A DNA stretch of 64,000 nt from Ruminobacter sp. (GTDB lineage Bacteria; Pseudomonadota; Gammaproteobacteria; Enterobacterales; Succinivibrionaceae): NCBI RefSeq assembly GCF_017940385.1, contig NZ_JAGAYS010000041.1; one strand, 5' to 3'. Position numbers and translations under genes: made by a program. This document shows positions 1 to 9,870 of the stretch, piece after piece. Below the pieces are notes generated by a model that did no database searches, was not told the DNA's origin, and saw only the letters and a program-made list of their open reading frames with translations. How positions within the stretch are numbered: the stretch's first letter is position 1; every line of letters starts with the position of its first letter.

Positions 1-180
1 TACAAGAATCGGCTTCTTGTAATTGGCAGGAATACGGCAGAGAGCGCCGAAACCGCCTAATCCGCCCATAACTTCTGGTCTGGTGGTCTTTTTAACTACA
101 CTCTTAATGTTGTCAACAAGAGCATTGCCTGCATCAATATCTACGCCGGCATCTTTGTAGCTTAATTTCTGATTGTCCAT
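1..180 (-). CDS. purM: Phosphoribosylformylglycinamidine cyclo-ligase (AIR synthetase); only the N-terminal 60 codons are present because the gene runs off the left edge
   Basis: The reverse complement from ATG 180..178 reads [48 protein letters not shown]. This is colinear with the E. coli PurM N-terminus ([16 protein letters not shown]...[15 protein letters not shown]). The ORF track misses it because the window truncates it. Confidence 0.9.
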   Translation of the reverse strand, partial: MDNQKLSYKDAGVDIDAGNALVDNIKSVVKKTTRPEVMGGLGGFGALCRIPANYKKPILV

Positions 181-499
181 TGTTGGATAAGCCTCATGTA
201 TTAAACAAAATAAATTGTGAACATTCTAACAAATTTTTATGCGATTTTCATATTTTTCGGTAGATATGAGGGAAATAATTTTAAGTTGTTACGGTTGCCC
301 GTTTCCGAATTTTTACTTCAGCTGACTGTCATAGTGCCGGAACGGCCGTGCGGACACGGCTGTCGTGCACAGACAGCAGGGCCCGTGCACGAATTTGATG
401 AATTCGGTTGAGCGTCCCGGGCCGGATTGTTGTACAATTACCATGGTTGTTTTGCTGAAGTTTAAACGGTCAGCCGTATATTTTGGAAGAATTACAGAT

Positions 500-1897
500 A
501 TGATTTTTAATAAGAGATTATGCCTCGGTGCATTGAAGGTTGCCGCGTCACTGGCCTGCACTTCGGTTTTCAGCTGTGTCGCCGCCGCTGACGGGGGATA
601 CACGTACAGGGTCGCTTTTGACGGTGATTTTGATTCGGCTCATGACGAGGCATTCTATCAGCTGATTTCAGGTCTCAGTAACGGGAGCACCGATCCGGGA
701 ACCATTAAGATTGATGTTGACGGCATTATTGCCAATGAGAAGATAACAGATGACGGTTTTCTGGAAGTATCATTTTCGGACGCCGCCGTTAAGAATCTCA
801 TAGGCAGCGGCAAGGTTACCGTATGGAACGGCCTCAGTGAACCTCTTCTTATCTGGATGACCAGAGGAACCATGGTTGATTACGTGGATAACGAGGGAAC
901 CGTTGACACCAGGGCTGAAGCCAGAATCGTCGTATCCGGGGAAAGGGACGGATTCATTGACGCGCTGATTGCCAGGGGAAATCTGGAAAAGGTAAGAACC
1001 ATTCTTCCTTTAAATGATCTTGACGATATGGCCGCCGTGACCATATCTGACGTGATGTCGGGAAATCAGGAAAAGATTGCCGCGGCATCCGCAAAGTATA
1101 CCGGAGGTATTGCAGTGGCCTCCCTGCTTACCGCTAACGACGGAAAACTGCAGTTTACCTATTATTTTATCGATGTTGCCACCGGCAGAAGATTTTATTC
1201 ACATACTGCCGAAGGTACCGCATCCGAAGTGGTTGATGAATTTTACAGGGATCTCAAGACCAGTCTCGGTTCTAAAAAGACTTCATCTTCCGAAGTCAGG
1301 TCTGAACATGGAACTGAAAGAGAGGTTTCAACATATCTTGACGGCTATTCCGATGTTTCCGGTCTGAACCTGGGAATAAGACCTAACGGCACCTATGTGG
1401 TTCTGGTTAAGAACACTCCTAATTTTGATGCCATGGTAGACATCAAGAACAACTTTCTCAGAGCGGGGTTTACTGAGGCTGAGGTAGTTGACGTCAAGGG
1501 AGGGGACGTGGTTTATTCACTTACGTCCATGAGAACCGTCAACCCTGACAGCGTAATGGATGTATTTCAGGCTCTTGAAAGAGACTCCCACACTCCTGGC
1601 GTGTTCTATTTCAACAGCGCTGTAGACAACATCATTGTCATTCCTGATGAAACCAAAAAGAGCACGGGTGAATCTCATGCAACTGTAGCTGCGGCGGCAG
1701 CCGATGCACCGGCCGGAAAGGATGCAGCCGGTGAAAATTCCGCTACGCATGAGTCAGGCGCCGATTCAGGAAAGGAAACAGCCGCCGCACCGGTTCAGAT
1801 AAACAGGCCGCAGCGTGCCGAGCGCGGTCGCAGAAAGAGCAACAGTCTGCAGCTCGACCCGAACAAGAGATACAAGACCGGCGGCGGAGTGCAGTAG
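500..1897 (+). CDS. Secreted protein of unknown function, a possible positional equivalent of DUF2066
   Basis: The ORF spans 365..1897. The best start is ATG 500, giving a signal-peptide-like N-terminus (MIFNKRLCLGALKVAASLACTSVFSCVAAADGG). I recognise no catalytic motif. The C-terminal ~70 aa are Ala/Gly/Lys/Arg-rich and look disordered. It lies between purM and hda. Confidence 0.6.
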   Translation: MIFNKRLCLGALKVAASLACTSVFSCVAAADGGYTYRVAFDGDFDSAHDEAFYQLISGLSNGSTDPGTIKIDVDGIIANEKITDDGFLEVSFSDAAVKNLIGSGKVTVWNGLSEPLLIWMTRGTMVDYVDNEGTVDTRAEARIVVSGERDGFIDALIARGNLEKVRTILPLNDLDDMAAVTISDVMSGNQEKIAAASAKYTGGIAVASLLTANDGKLQFTYYFIDVATGRRFYSHTAEGTASEVVDEFYRDLKTSLGSKKTSSSEVRSEHGTEREVSTYLDGYSDVSGLNLGIRPNGTYVVLVKNTPNFDAMVDIKNNFLRAGFTEAEVVDVKGGDVVYSLTSMRTVNPDSVMDVFQALERDSHTPGVFYFNSAVDNIIVIPDETKKSTGESHATVAAAAADAPAGKDAAGENSATHESGADSGKETAAAPVQINRPQRAERGRRKSNSLQLDPNKRYKTGGGVQ

Positions 1898-2254
1898 CCC
1901 CCCGGGTCTTTTGAGGTTGTTCATAAATCCCGCAGTGTGCATGCGTACGGAGGGAACATGGTTTCTTTGTACAAGGCAGTGCGGGATTTTTAACTTTCCG
2001 GTGCCGATGTCCGGGAATGCTAGTTAATTTTTAATCAAAAAAGTTAACATTGATTTTACAAAAAGCTTAAAAGTGCAGATTAATCAACAAATTTTGCAAA
2101 ATTTATCGGCTAAGAATAAAAAAACTATAGAAGTTAACCACATTAATAATACAATATATAAAGCTGAATGTTTGTTAACAGGTACGTGGCGGATTATTCC
2201 GTTTACGGCCAGACGATAATTGAATATTTTTATTATTAACGGGTTTGTAGCAGA

Positions 2255-3022
2255 TTGAGTTACGATAGTGAATATAAGCAAATTCCATTAAGAATGGGAT
2301 ACGGTGAGTACGAAGGGACCCTTGAGTCCTTTTACGTAACCGATTCTAACCGGGTTTCTTATAATTACCTGAAAGAGGCACTTTCAGGTGATCTCAAGTC
2401 AAGTCAGCATTTTATATATCTCTACGGGCCAAAGAACGGCGGCAAGACCCATCTGCTGACCGCTTCCATCAAAGCCGCTCAGGATCGCGGCTTCTCCACC
2501 ATTGCCATGGATCTTTCCGATTACATGGATTCTGCTCCGGTTTCCATTCTTCAGGGGGCCGAAGACTGCGACGTCATCTGTCTTGACAACATCGATGCGG
2601 TTGCCGGAATTCATGACTGGGAGGCTGAGATTTTCAATCTTTACAACAGATGGCATGAAAACAAGAAGGGTATCTTCATTGTTGCGGCCACTGCATCCCC
2701 AATCATGGCAAAGTTCAGAAAGAACGACCTTATTACCAGACTCGGCAGCGGGGTGACTCTGAGCATTCATCCTGTATCAATTGCCGAACTTCCGAAACTC
2801 CTTATTCTGCGCGAGAGCAACAGGGGGACCGATCTGTCCAGGGAGCTTGCCGATATCGTGGTAAGCAGACTGGGTAATGTCGGTGAATGCATTGAGGCGG
2901 TGGATCTTATAGACTCCCTGGCGGCATCATTGAAAAAGCCGGTTATAACCAAGACTTTTGTTGAACAGATAGTTAAGTCCGTTAAACAGAAATCCACAGG
3001 TGATTATCTGAAAATGATGTAG
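2255..3022 (+). CDS. hda: DnaA-inactivating AAA+ protein Hda
   Basis: It carries a P-loop (GPKNGGKTHLL) and is colinear with E. coli Hda, including the LYNR and box VII-like regions. It sits near purM as in E. coli. TTG 2255 is the only in-frame start that keeps the N-terminal QIPLRM motif, which resembles the Hda clamp-binding QLSLPL. The first ATG (2294) would remove that motif. Confidence 0.85.
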   Translation: MSYDSEYKQIPLRMGYGEYEGTLESFYVTDSNRVSYNYLKEALSGDLKSSQHFIYLYGPKNGGKTHLLTASIKAAQDRGFSTIAMDLSDYMDSAPVSILQGAEDCDVICLDNIDAVAGIHDWEAEIFNLYNRWHENKKGIFIVAATASPIMAKFRKNDLITRLGSGVTLSIHPVSIAELPKLLILRESNRGTDLSRELADIVVSRLGNVGECIEAVDLIDSLAASLKKPVITKTFVEQIVKSVKQKSTGDYLKMM

Positions 3023-3149
3023 TGCGGAATGATTTAAGGCGTTCCGAAAGTATCCCTTACTCCCATTCGTTTTCGTATCCGGCTGTCCGTGACCGTCACG
3101 ATCGGCCCCGTTCTTCATGACCTTATTGTCTGTTCATTCATAAAAAGAC

Positions 3150-3189
3150 AGCCGGACTTTTCGGTATGGATTTCCCGAAAAGTCCGGCT
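3150..3189. terminator. Bidirectional intrinsic terminator between the convergent genes hda and perM
   Basis: A perfect 15-bp stem pairs agccggacttttcgg (3150..3164) with ccgaaaagtccggct (3175..3189). An A-run precedes it and ctttatt follows it. Confidence 0.7.
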
Positions 3190-3243
3190 CTTTATTACGC
3201 GACACAGGTATCAGCCTGTGTCTGCCGGCGTTTTACCGTGCGG

Positions 3244-4740
3244 TTACGTCTTATTCTTTATGCTCTTCAGATATTCATGGTTTACCGGCCATTTTGTGAA
3301 TATTGTTTTTACAAAGGTGGCCAGCGGAATGGCAAGAACCACACCCCAGAATCCGAGCAGGCCGCCGAATACGACAATGGCAACCAGAATGGAGAACGGA
3401 TCCAGGTTGAGTTTTTCCGAAAACAGCATAGGAGTGAGGACATAACCGTCCAGAATCTGGATTACGGTGTATACGGCAACCAGCCATACCATGTCACTGC
3501 TGAGGCCGAACTGTATCAGGCCGATAATTGCAATAGGTATGGTAATGATGATCATGCCCACGTACGGAATTATTACGCTGAGACCGACGCCTATGGCAAG
3601 CAGCAGACCGTAGTTCAGGTTAAGAATGCTGAAGGCAATCCAGTTGACGATGAATATTATGATTACGTGGATGCACTTTCCGTTCAGGTACTTTGATATG
3701 AGTATATTCATTTCCGCCCAGAACGAGGTTACCTCCTCATGTGAACAGAGGTATTTTTTGGAGAGGGAAAGGAGTTTTTCCTTATCCTTCAGCATATAGA
3801 AGGCAAAAATAGGAACGATAAGGAAGTAGATCACGAATGACAGCATGTCCATTACCAGCGGTGCTATATTGTTGGTAATGAACGGTGCAACCCAGCCCTT
3901 GATGGTTCTGAACAGGGATATGGTGTATTCCTTCATCTGCTTTTCGGAAATAAGTTCCTTATAGGCATTAGGAATTTTGCCGCTGAGGCTCTGAACCTTT
4001 GCGGAAATCCAGGCGATGGCGGCATTGCTTTCCTCCCTGTCCTCCTGATTTATCTGCTGAGGTTCATAGCCTGAATGTTCTTCTGCCTTCGTGTCGGTCT
4101 TATCATCGGAAGCGGCAGGTTCGGCACGTGCGGTGACGACATTCTGCTTTCTGTTATCTGATTCGGCAGTGACGGCGGCCTGGGCGGTCTGCGCCTGTGG
4201 AGCATTACCGTCGTCTGCTTCACCGACTGCGGCCGGAGTATCAGAATTTTCAGTGTTCAGGTCGGTATCCGGGGTGTCTCCCGCTTCAGTCTCTTCATCG
4301 GAAGCGGCATCGTTTCCGGGAGCTTTGTCGGTCCTGCTGTCTGCCTGAGGAGCCAGAACTATCTTTTCCTTGATGATTTCCTTAATATTGGCATTTTCGC
4401 CGTGCTTTGATATTTCGGTCAGTGTTTCACTGATGCTTGTGGATATCTTGGTCAGCTGTTCGGCGGCAGGAGGAATTACCGTAATAAAAAGACATATAAA
4501 GAACACCACGTAGCAGAGCATTACCAGAGTCGTGGCTCCGAGTCTTGAGGTTCCGTGCTTAATAAGGAAATTTACAGGTCTTTCAAGCATGAATGCGAGC
4601 ACCAGTGCCGCAATCAATGTTCCGAATATGCTGGAGAAGAAATAGAGTATTACAAAAATGGTAATAAACTGAAGAATGAGTATGATTGCTGCCGGATTGG
4701 ACAGGTTTTTCATATACCAATCTTTGAAAAACGATAGCAT
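3244..4740 (-). CDS. perM: AI-2E family (PerM/YfgO-like, UPF0118) membrane transporter with a large low-complexity insert
   Basis: It has multiple TM helices and the family-typical C-terminal block (PFSILVAIVVFGGLLGFWGVVLAIPLATFVKTIF). It is divergent from bepA, as yfgO and yfgC are in E. coli. The likely start is ATG 4740 (MLSFFKDWYMKNL), not the ORF-track start at 4845. Confidence 0.8.
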   Translation of the reverse strand: MLSFFKDWYMKNLSNPAAIILILQFITIFVILYFFSSIFGTLIAALVLAFMLERPVNFLIKHGTSRLGATTLVMLCYVVFFICLFITVIPPAAEQLTKISTSISETLTEISKHGENANIKEIIKEKIVLAPQADSRTDKAPGNDAASDEETEAGDTPDTDLNTENSDTPAAVGEADDGNAPQAQTAQAAVTAESDNRKQNVVTARAEPAASDDKTDTKAEEHSGYEPQQINQEDREESNAAIAWISAKVQSLSGKIPNAYKELISEKQMKEYTISLFRTIKGWVAPFITNNIAPLVMDMLSFVIYFLIVPIFAFYMLKDKEKLLSLSKKYLCSHEEVTSFWAEMNILISKYLNGKCIHVIIIFIVNWIAFSILNLNYGLLLAIGVGLSVIIPYVGMIIITIPIAIIGLIQFGLSSDMVWLVAVYTVIQILDGYVLTPMLFSEKLNLDPFSILVAIVVFGGLLGFWGVVLAIPLATFVKTIFTKWPVNHEYLKSIKNKT

Positions 4741-5066
4741 GACAAAAATCCTGAAAATACTTAATTTTATTGACTGCTTAATAATCTGTGTACGACCGTT
4801 TGAGCCGGTAACCGTTAAAAAATAACCAGATTCAGTTCTGAACAATTATATATAGGAAGATATTGATATTACAAAGTATTTTTGAATTTAATTGAAATTA
4901 TCACAGGATGACTCATAATATAGAAAAACGGGGAATTTTCGCTGAAAATCCGGTTTGTGACGGTTAAGCGCGCAGTATTATTTCCGTTCTTTCGGAAACA
5001 TGCACTGAATTATACCGGTTTTCCGCAGTCTAACTTTCCTGAGAATGTTTTGTTGGATAATCTGAA

Positions 5067-6512
5067 ATGAAATTTAAGATGTGTGCCGTTGCGGCTGTTC
5101 TTATCAGCTGCATCGCGTGTCCCTGTGCACGTGCCGACAACGTGGCCGGAGTGACGGATTTCGGTACGGCCGGCGTCAGGGCGATAACCATTGAAAAAGA
5201 AAAGGAAATGGGGGAGCTCTTCGTTACCGTAGCCAAGTCCCAGCTTCCGGTAATATACGATCCCGTGCTGGAACAGTATGTTTCTTCCCTGCTGTCAAGA
5301 ATGTCCTCAAAAGCCGTGGGCGTAAGATATCCTTTTGAGCCCATAATCGTTGAGGATCACACCATCAATGCCGCAGCCTTCTTCGGCGGAAAGATAATGC
5401 TGAATTCCGGACTTATCGTGGCCACTGACAATGAAAGTCAGCTGGCATCCGTGCTTGCTCATGAAATGACCCATGTTACCCAGCGCCATCTTGCCAGAAG
5501 CATGGAGGCACGACAGGATGCCATGGTTACCGGCATGGCCGGTATCCTCGGCAGTATCATACTCGGCATCATAAATCCGGCAGTCGGCATGGCAGGCGTG
5601 AGCGCTTCAATAGGCGGAATGGAGCAGAGCAACATAAATTACACCAGAGCCAATGAATATGAAGCTGACCGTCTGGGGATAGATCTGCTTTATAATTCCG
5701 GCTTTAATCCGCATGCCATGGCAGACATGATGAGAAAGCTTCAGAACAGGGGAGAGGATTTCAATCCGGCCTTTGAAATGCTGCTTACTCATCCGTTGTC
5801 ATCCAAGCGTGTGGCCGAGGCTGAAAACAGGGCGAGATTTTATAAGACCAAAGCCTATTACGAGAGCGTGGACTTTAAATTTGCCAAGAGCCGTGTTGAG
5901 GTAAGATTCAGCAACATCAGTGCGAAGTTCAATCAGGAATCCGCCAGACGGATTCTGGATCATTCACCGAATGACTGCGGAGCTCTGTATAAACTGGCCC
6001 TTGCATCCATGGATCTGGGAGACTATGACACTGCCCAGAAGTCACTGGACAGTTTAAAGAAGGATTACGGCAGAAATCTTTTTATTGTCGATACCCTGAC
6101 CGATCTTTATGTCGCAAGACATGAATATGACAAAGCTGTTTCCATGCTTAAGGACATGATAAAAAGCAAGGGGGAGCAGGAGGTCTTTGTTGTCAATCTT
6201 GCCAATGTATACATTGAGTCCAAGCAGTATCATAAGGCGGAACAGCTGTTGAAGAAATTCAGAAGGAACAACAGATCCGTAACCGCCGATTCCCTGCTGA
6301 AGACGGCATACATGAGACAGAACAAGACCTGTGAACTGTACCAGATAAATACGGATATCCTGGAATCAAAAGGGCAGTGGAATCAGGCCCTGAACAGTGT
6401 TAACGAATCACTGCGCTACTGTCATGAAAAGAATACCGTTCTGAGACTGAAGGCTCTCGCCTCCAGAATCGTTGAGGAGCGTGATTTTTATGAGAGTCTC
6501 ATTTCCCAGTAA
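5067..6512 (+). CDS. bepA: Periplasmic M48 metalloprotease/chaperone BepA (YfgC) with a TPR domain
   Basis: It has a signal peptide (MKFKMCAVAAVLISCIACPCARA), the HExxH zinc motif (AHEMTHVTQRH) and a C-terminal TPR-like region. Its position next to perM matches E. coli. Confidence 0.9.
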   Translation: MKFKMCAVAAVLISCIACPCARADNVAGVTDFGTAGVRAITIEKEKEMGELFVTVAKSQLPVIYDPVLEQYVSSLLSRMSSKAVGVRYPFEPIIVEDHTINAAAFFGGKIMLNSGLIVATDNESQLASVLAHEMTHVTQRHLARSMEARQDAMVTGMAGILGSIILGIINPAVGMAGVSASIGGMEQSNINYTRANEYEADRLGIDLLYNSGFNPHAMADMMRKLQNRGEDFNPAFEMLLTHPLSSKRVAEAENRARFYKTKAYYESVDFKFAKSRVEVRFSNISAKFNQESARRILDHSPNDCGALYKLALASMDLGDYDTAQKSLDSLKKDYGRNLFIVDTLTDLYVARHEYDKAVSMLKDMIKSKGEQEVFVVNLANVYIESKQYHKAEQLLKKFRRNNRSVTADSLLKTAYMRQNKTCELYQINTDILESKGQWNQALNSVNESLRYCHEKNTVLRLKALASRIVEERDFYESLISQ

Positions 6513-6623
6513 CAGGGATGTTTAAAGCTGCCATGGATGCAGAAATGCAGGGCATCGGAAGAAGGAAGGCCGTTTCGCGTAATCGTGAAACGGCCCTCTG
6601 AATATTACGGCATACCGTATAGG

Positions 6624-7475
6624 CTAATACATGATTGTGTACAGTTTGCTGCGGTATCTTGACTGCTTGGGATCGCCGTTCATTGTGGAGATGATGTCCA
6701 GATAAACCTGTTTCAGATTTCCGGCATTCAGATCCTTTCTCAGATATCCGAGAAGCAGATCCAGAGCTTCAGTGGCCTTGCCCGACTGGCTGAGGGCTGT
6801 ACATAATTTTTCCACGTTATCCAGATCATCGGGATTCTGTTTCAGCTTGTCCTGAAGAATGTCGATTTCCGGATTCTGCTGGTTCTTCTCGGCAAGCGTA
6901 AGGGCTGCTTCCAGATCTCCGTATATCTTGTCTAGTCTGCTGTTGGCGTCCACACCCTCAAGTGCCGTTCTTGCCTCGGTCAGCTTTTTGGCCCTGATGG
7001 CAATTTCAACGTATGCGAATCTGATGTTGATGTCATTCGGGGCGAGGCCGAAGGCTTCGCTTATTTTGGCAAATGCGCCGTTGACATTCTCTTCACCGAG
7101 AAGGGCAGTGGCTTCATGAAGAAGAATCTGTTCCTTTGCAGGCATAAGACCTGCAACAACCGCGGATGCGCTGTCAGGAGTGCTCAGGGCTGAACTGCCG
7201 ATGATGTCGACGGGACGGCCGTTTTTGAATACGCATATTGAGGGCAGTGATGAAATCTGTAACTGCATGCAGATTGACTGGATGACCGGATCCGCTGCGT
7301 TTCCCTTTGCCAGGGTCAGAAATTCGTTATTCTGGCCGACGGTGTTCTCAAGTGCGGTCGTAACGGCCTGTGTCTGCGGATTGCCCGGATCGTATACGTA
7401 GAACAGAATTGTTTTTTCTGCAGATTTTGTTACGAGTTCTTCCTGTATGTTGCTTTGATTAACATCTATAATCAT
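6624..7475 (-). CDS. cnoX: Thioredoxin-fold plus TPR co-chaperone (YbbN/CnoX family)
   Basis: The 283-aa product has an N-terminal thioredoxin-like domain without a CxxC motif (ILFYVYDPGNPQTQ...SLPSICVFKNGRPVD). The C-terminal half is TPR-like helical repeats. Confidence 0.75.
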   Translation of the reverse strand: MIIDVNQSNIQEELVTKSAEKTILFYVYDPGNPQTQAVTTALENTVGQNNEFLTLAKGNAADPVIQSICMQLQISSLPSICVFKNGRPVDIIGSSALSTPDSASAVVAGLMPAKEQILLHEATALLGEENVNGAFAKISEAFGLAPNDINIRFAYVEIAIRAKKLTEARTALEGVDANSRLDKIYGDLEAALTLAEKNQQNPEIDILQDKLKQNPDDLDNVEKLCTALSQSGKATEALDLLLGYLRKDLNAGNLKQVYLDIISTMNGDPKQSRYRSKLYTIMY

Positions 7476-7543
7476 GGTGCTGTTATCCTTACTCTTCTTC
7501 TACACTTTTATACATGGTGCCTGCGGTGCCATATTCAAGTGTA

Positions 7544-9397
7544 TCAGTTTGAAAATTTGTTCAGCATCTTTCTGGCATTAATCAGGGTGGTCATGTTAAG
7601 AGGTTTGGCTTCGGAACCGTCATCAGAGTAGGTTACGGCATTTTCATGCTTGTCGAATACCGTGGTCTGATTGTGACCGATGATGTACAGTTCGTCGCGG
7701 TTTCCGCTGATTAGCCATGGTCTGTTCTGTACTTCCCTGAGATTAGCTCCGGTTGAATAGTCGGATTCCGGATTCTGAATGCCGAGAATTTCATGAGCAA
7801 TGGTCGGAGCGATGTCCTGTGATGACGTTATCGCCGATATCCTTGCAGGGATGACTGCATCAGGCCAGCTTATTACAAGAGGTACGTGACGTGACTCGCG
7901 GCTGTATCTGTTGCCGTGTTTTGCATAATATTTGTTCAGATTGAACCCCTGTCCTGAGGTTATGATAACAACGGTTTTTCTGGTCTTTCCGGAATCTGAA
8001 ACGGCCTGCAGGATATGTCCGAGCATTTTGTCAGTGTTCTTAAGACAGTTAAGATATCTGTTTTTAAGTGCGGTACCGTCCTTTTCTCTGTTCAGTGTTC
8101 CGGGGGTAACGGTTCCGCTTATCTGAGGAACGTAGCTGAGCTGTGCTTCCTGATTCTGGTTAAGGGTTGCCGGATCGGTCAGCTTTATAACGGTAAACTG
8201 CGGACGGTAGTTCCATTCCTCGCTGTAGATCCAGTTGGCGGCATTCCTGACCGTTTCCAGGTCACTGTCAAATGATTTGATATTCTTTGTTCTCAGCCCC
8301 GTAATTGAGGCAAGCTGCTTCTCAGCTCTGTTATCCGCCGTAGTGATGAAACCGGATATCTTGTAGTCCTGCATGAGCATCTCGGAAATTATGACCGGAG
8401 GAGTTTTTTCGTTCATGGCGGTTTTCATGTACTCGGCAGGGATGCCGTACATCATTTCAAAGTTTGCGGTGGCGTCCCTGTTGTCGCCAAGATAGTTTTT
8501 AATGTACGAATCGTGAGTTTTGGCGAAAACGTCCAGGTTTGGAGTATAGTCTTCCGTCATGTGTCCGTAATCAAGACCGTCAATAGTAATAAGGATGACG
8601 TTGTACGGATTTTCCGAAGGAATTACCTTCATGGCGTTAAGCGGATATTTCAGCTTACGTGAGGTTTTGGACGCAGGTCGTTCGATTTGAGTGCCTTCGC
8701 TGTCGCCGGAATATGCAAGCAGACCGTGTTCCTTCAGGAAGGTGTTTGCGGTCATCGGATAATATGCCGGGAATATGGACTTCTGCTGTGTTATCGGAAC
8801 ATAACGGTAGGCATTTGCCCAGATGTGCATGATGTGGGTGGCGAGGAAGGACAGAATGAATACCGTCGTGAAAAATACAGTGATCCTCTGGTATTTGTGA
8901 AGATAGTGGTTTCTCCACGCAAATTTGGAGAAAAGATATTCAATAAAGGCAATTACCGGCGTGGCTATATAAAGGAAGTTGTAGTTAAGCCCAGTGGAAA
9001 AACCTTCCTGAGTGAAAAATATTCCCAGCATCGGAACGCTGAGGTGAATCTTGATTGCCTGGTAAAGCTTTACGTCAATCAGAAGAATAACCATGAATAC
9101 GGTGGCCAGCACGATGGACACTATTTTATAGGTTCTTGTGGATCGGCAGAGAAACGTAAGCGGGAAAAATATCAGGATGTAGATTACAAAAACAAGAAAG
9201 CTGAAGTGTCCGAGCCAGCTTATGAAAAGATATGCGGTACCTAACTGAGTTGACGGACTGGGTGCATTGTAAAGATAGGTGCAGCCGATAAGCAGGGCAA
9301 GGAAGATATTGAGAAGTACAAACCAGTGCCCCCAACTGATGGATCTGGAAACTTCATCCTTATACGTGAAGAAGCTGCTGTAATTAATATTGTTCAT
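7544..9397 (-). CDS. yejM: Inner-membrane LPS/cardiolipin homeostasis protein YejM (PbgA/LapC): five TM helices plus a sulfatase-like periplasmic domain
   Basis: The N-terminus (SISWGHWFVLLNIFLALLIGCTYLY...GHFSFLVFVIYILIFFPLTFL) closely parallels E. coli YejM (VSWGHWFALFNILLSLVIG...GHFSFLVFATYLLILFPLTF). A C-terminal alkaline-phosphatase/sulfatase-like fold follows. Confidence 0.9.
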   Translation of the reverse strand: MNNINYSSFFTYKDEVSRSISWGHWFVLLNIFLALLIGCTYLYNAPSPSTQLGTAYLFISWLGHFSFLVFVIYILIFFPLTFLCRSTRTYKIVSIVLATVFMVILLIDVKLYQAIKIHLSVPMLGIFFTQEGFSTGLNYNFLYIATPVIAFIEYLFSKFAWRNHYLHKYQRITVFFTTVFILSFLATHIMHIWANAYRYVPITQQKSIFPAYYPMTANTFLKEHGLLAYSGDSEGTQIERPASKTSRKLKYPLNAMKVIPSENPYNVILITIDGLDYGHMTEDYTPNLDVFAKTHDSYIKNYLGDNRDATANFEMMYGIPAEYMKTAMNEKTPPVIISEMLMQDYKISGFITTADNRAEKQLASITGLRTKNIKSFDSDLETVRNAANWIYSEEWNYRPQFTVIKLTDPATLNQNQEAQLSYVPQISGTVTPGTLNREKDGTALKNRYLNCLKNTDKMLGHILQAVSDSGKTRKTVVIITSGQGFNLNKYYAKHGNRYSRESRHVPLVISWPDAVIPARISAITSSQDIAPTIAHEILGIQNPESDYSTGANLREVQNRPWLISGNRDELYIIGHNQTTVFDKHENAVTYSDDGSEAKPLNMTTLINARKMLNKFSN

Positions 9398-9841
9398 ACC
9401 TGATATACCAATATTCTCTGGCGCTGTTTACCCGCGTCGGTATGGCCATAAGTGTGACTGCTGATGCGGTAGCGAAACGTTTTTCCGTGTTGGCGGACTT
9501 TACTGTTTCGTTCTGTCAGCATTATTTATCGGACATTTTACTACATAACCGGGTTTGTTAGCTATTCAATAGTTCACAAATGAGGAGTTGAACCTGCGGG
9601 GAAGGGGAAAAATAAAGGAATGTTCATCCATTTACGGCTGGAATTCCAATTATATAAATAAAATAAAAATACAGGAATAATCAATATTTAAAAAAAACAG
9701 AAAAACAGTCGCAATTTGACAATAAAAAGAGTTTTATTCGGTTAATCTCCAGGTCTATTGCCAGATGCTTTTTGGATTATCAAGGTTTTTTGTTGATGAA
9801 TAAAGCGTATTGATATTATTGATACGTATATAACAAGTATT

Positions 9842-9870
9842 TTGACATAAAAAATACACGTTGTTATCAT
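9842..9870 (+). promoter_or_regulatory. Candidate sigma70 promoter in the AT-rich region upstream of malE copy 1
   Basis: It reads TTGACA (9842..9847), a 17-nt spacer, then TATCAT (9865..9870). It lies about 420 nt upstream of the malE-1 start, so its target is uncertain. Confidence 0.3.

Noticed and set aside
217-603. ORFs 217..411 (+) and 313..603 (-) in the purM / secreted-protein divergent region
   Set aside because: They are short, have no SD, and overlap the promoter region and the start of the 500..1897 gene.
2134-2142. DnaA-box-like TTAACCACA upstream of hda
   Set aside because: It is a single 8/9 match in AT-rich DNA, which is expected by chance, and it is not clustered.
3166-4348. 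Plus-strand ORFs 3089..3445, 3166..3696 and 4091..4348
   Set aside because: They are antisense to perM, which has family-typical TM blocks. They show no motifs and no ribosome-binding sites.
8687-9244. 185-aa plus-strand ORF inside yejM
   Set aside because: It is antisense to a gene with very strong YejM N-terminal similarity. Its product is a Lys/Tyr/Glu-rich artefact of the AT-rich antisense frame.
9581-9612. MalT-box-like G-rich motif (GGGGAAGGGG / GAGGAG) upstream of the mal genes
   Set aside because: It does not match GGGGA(T/G)GAGG. It is a single copy about 680 nt from malE-1, and no malT is present in the window.
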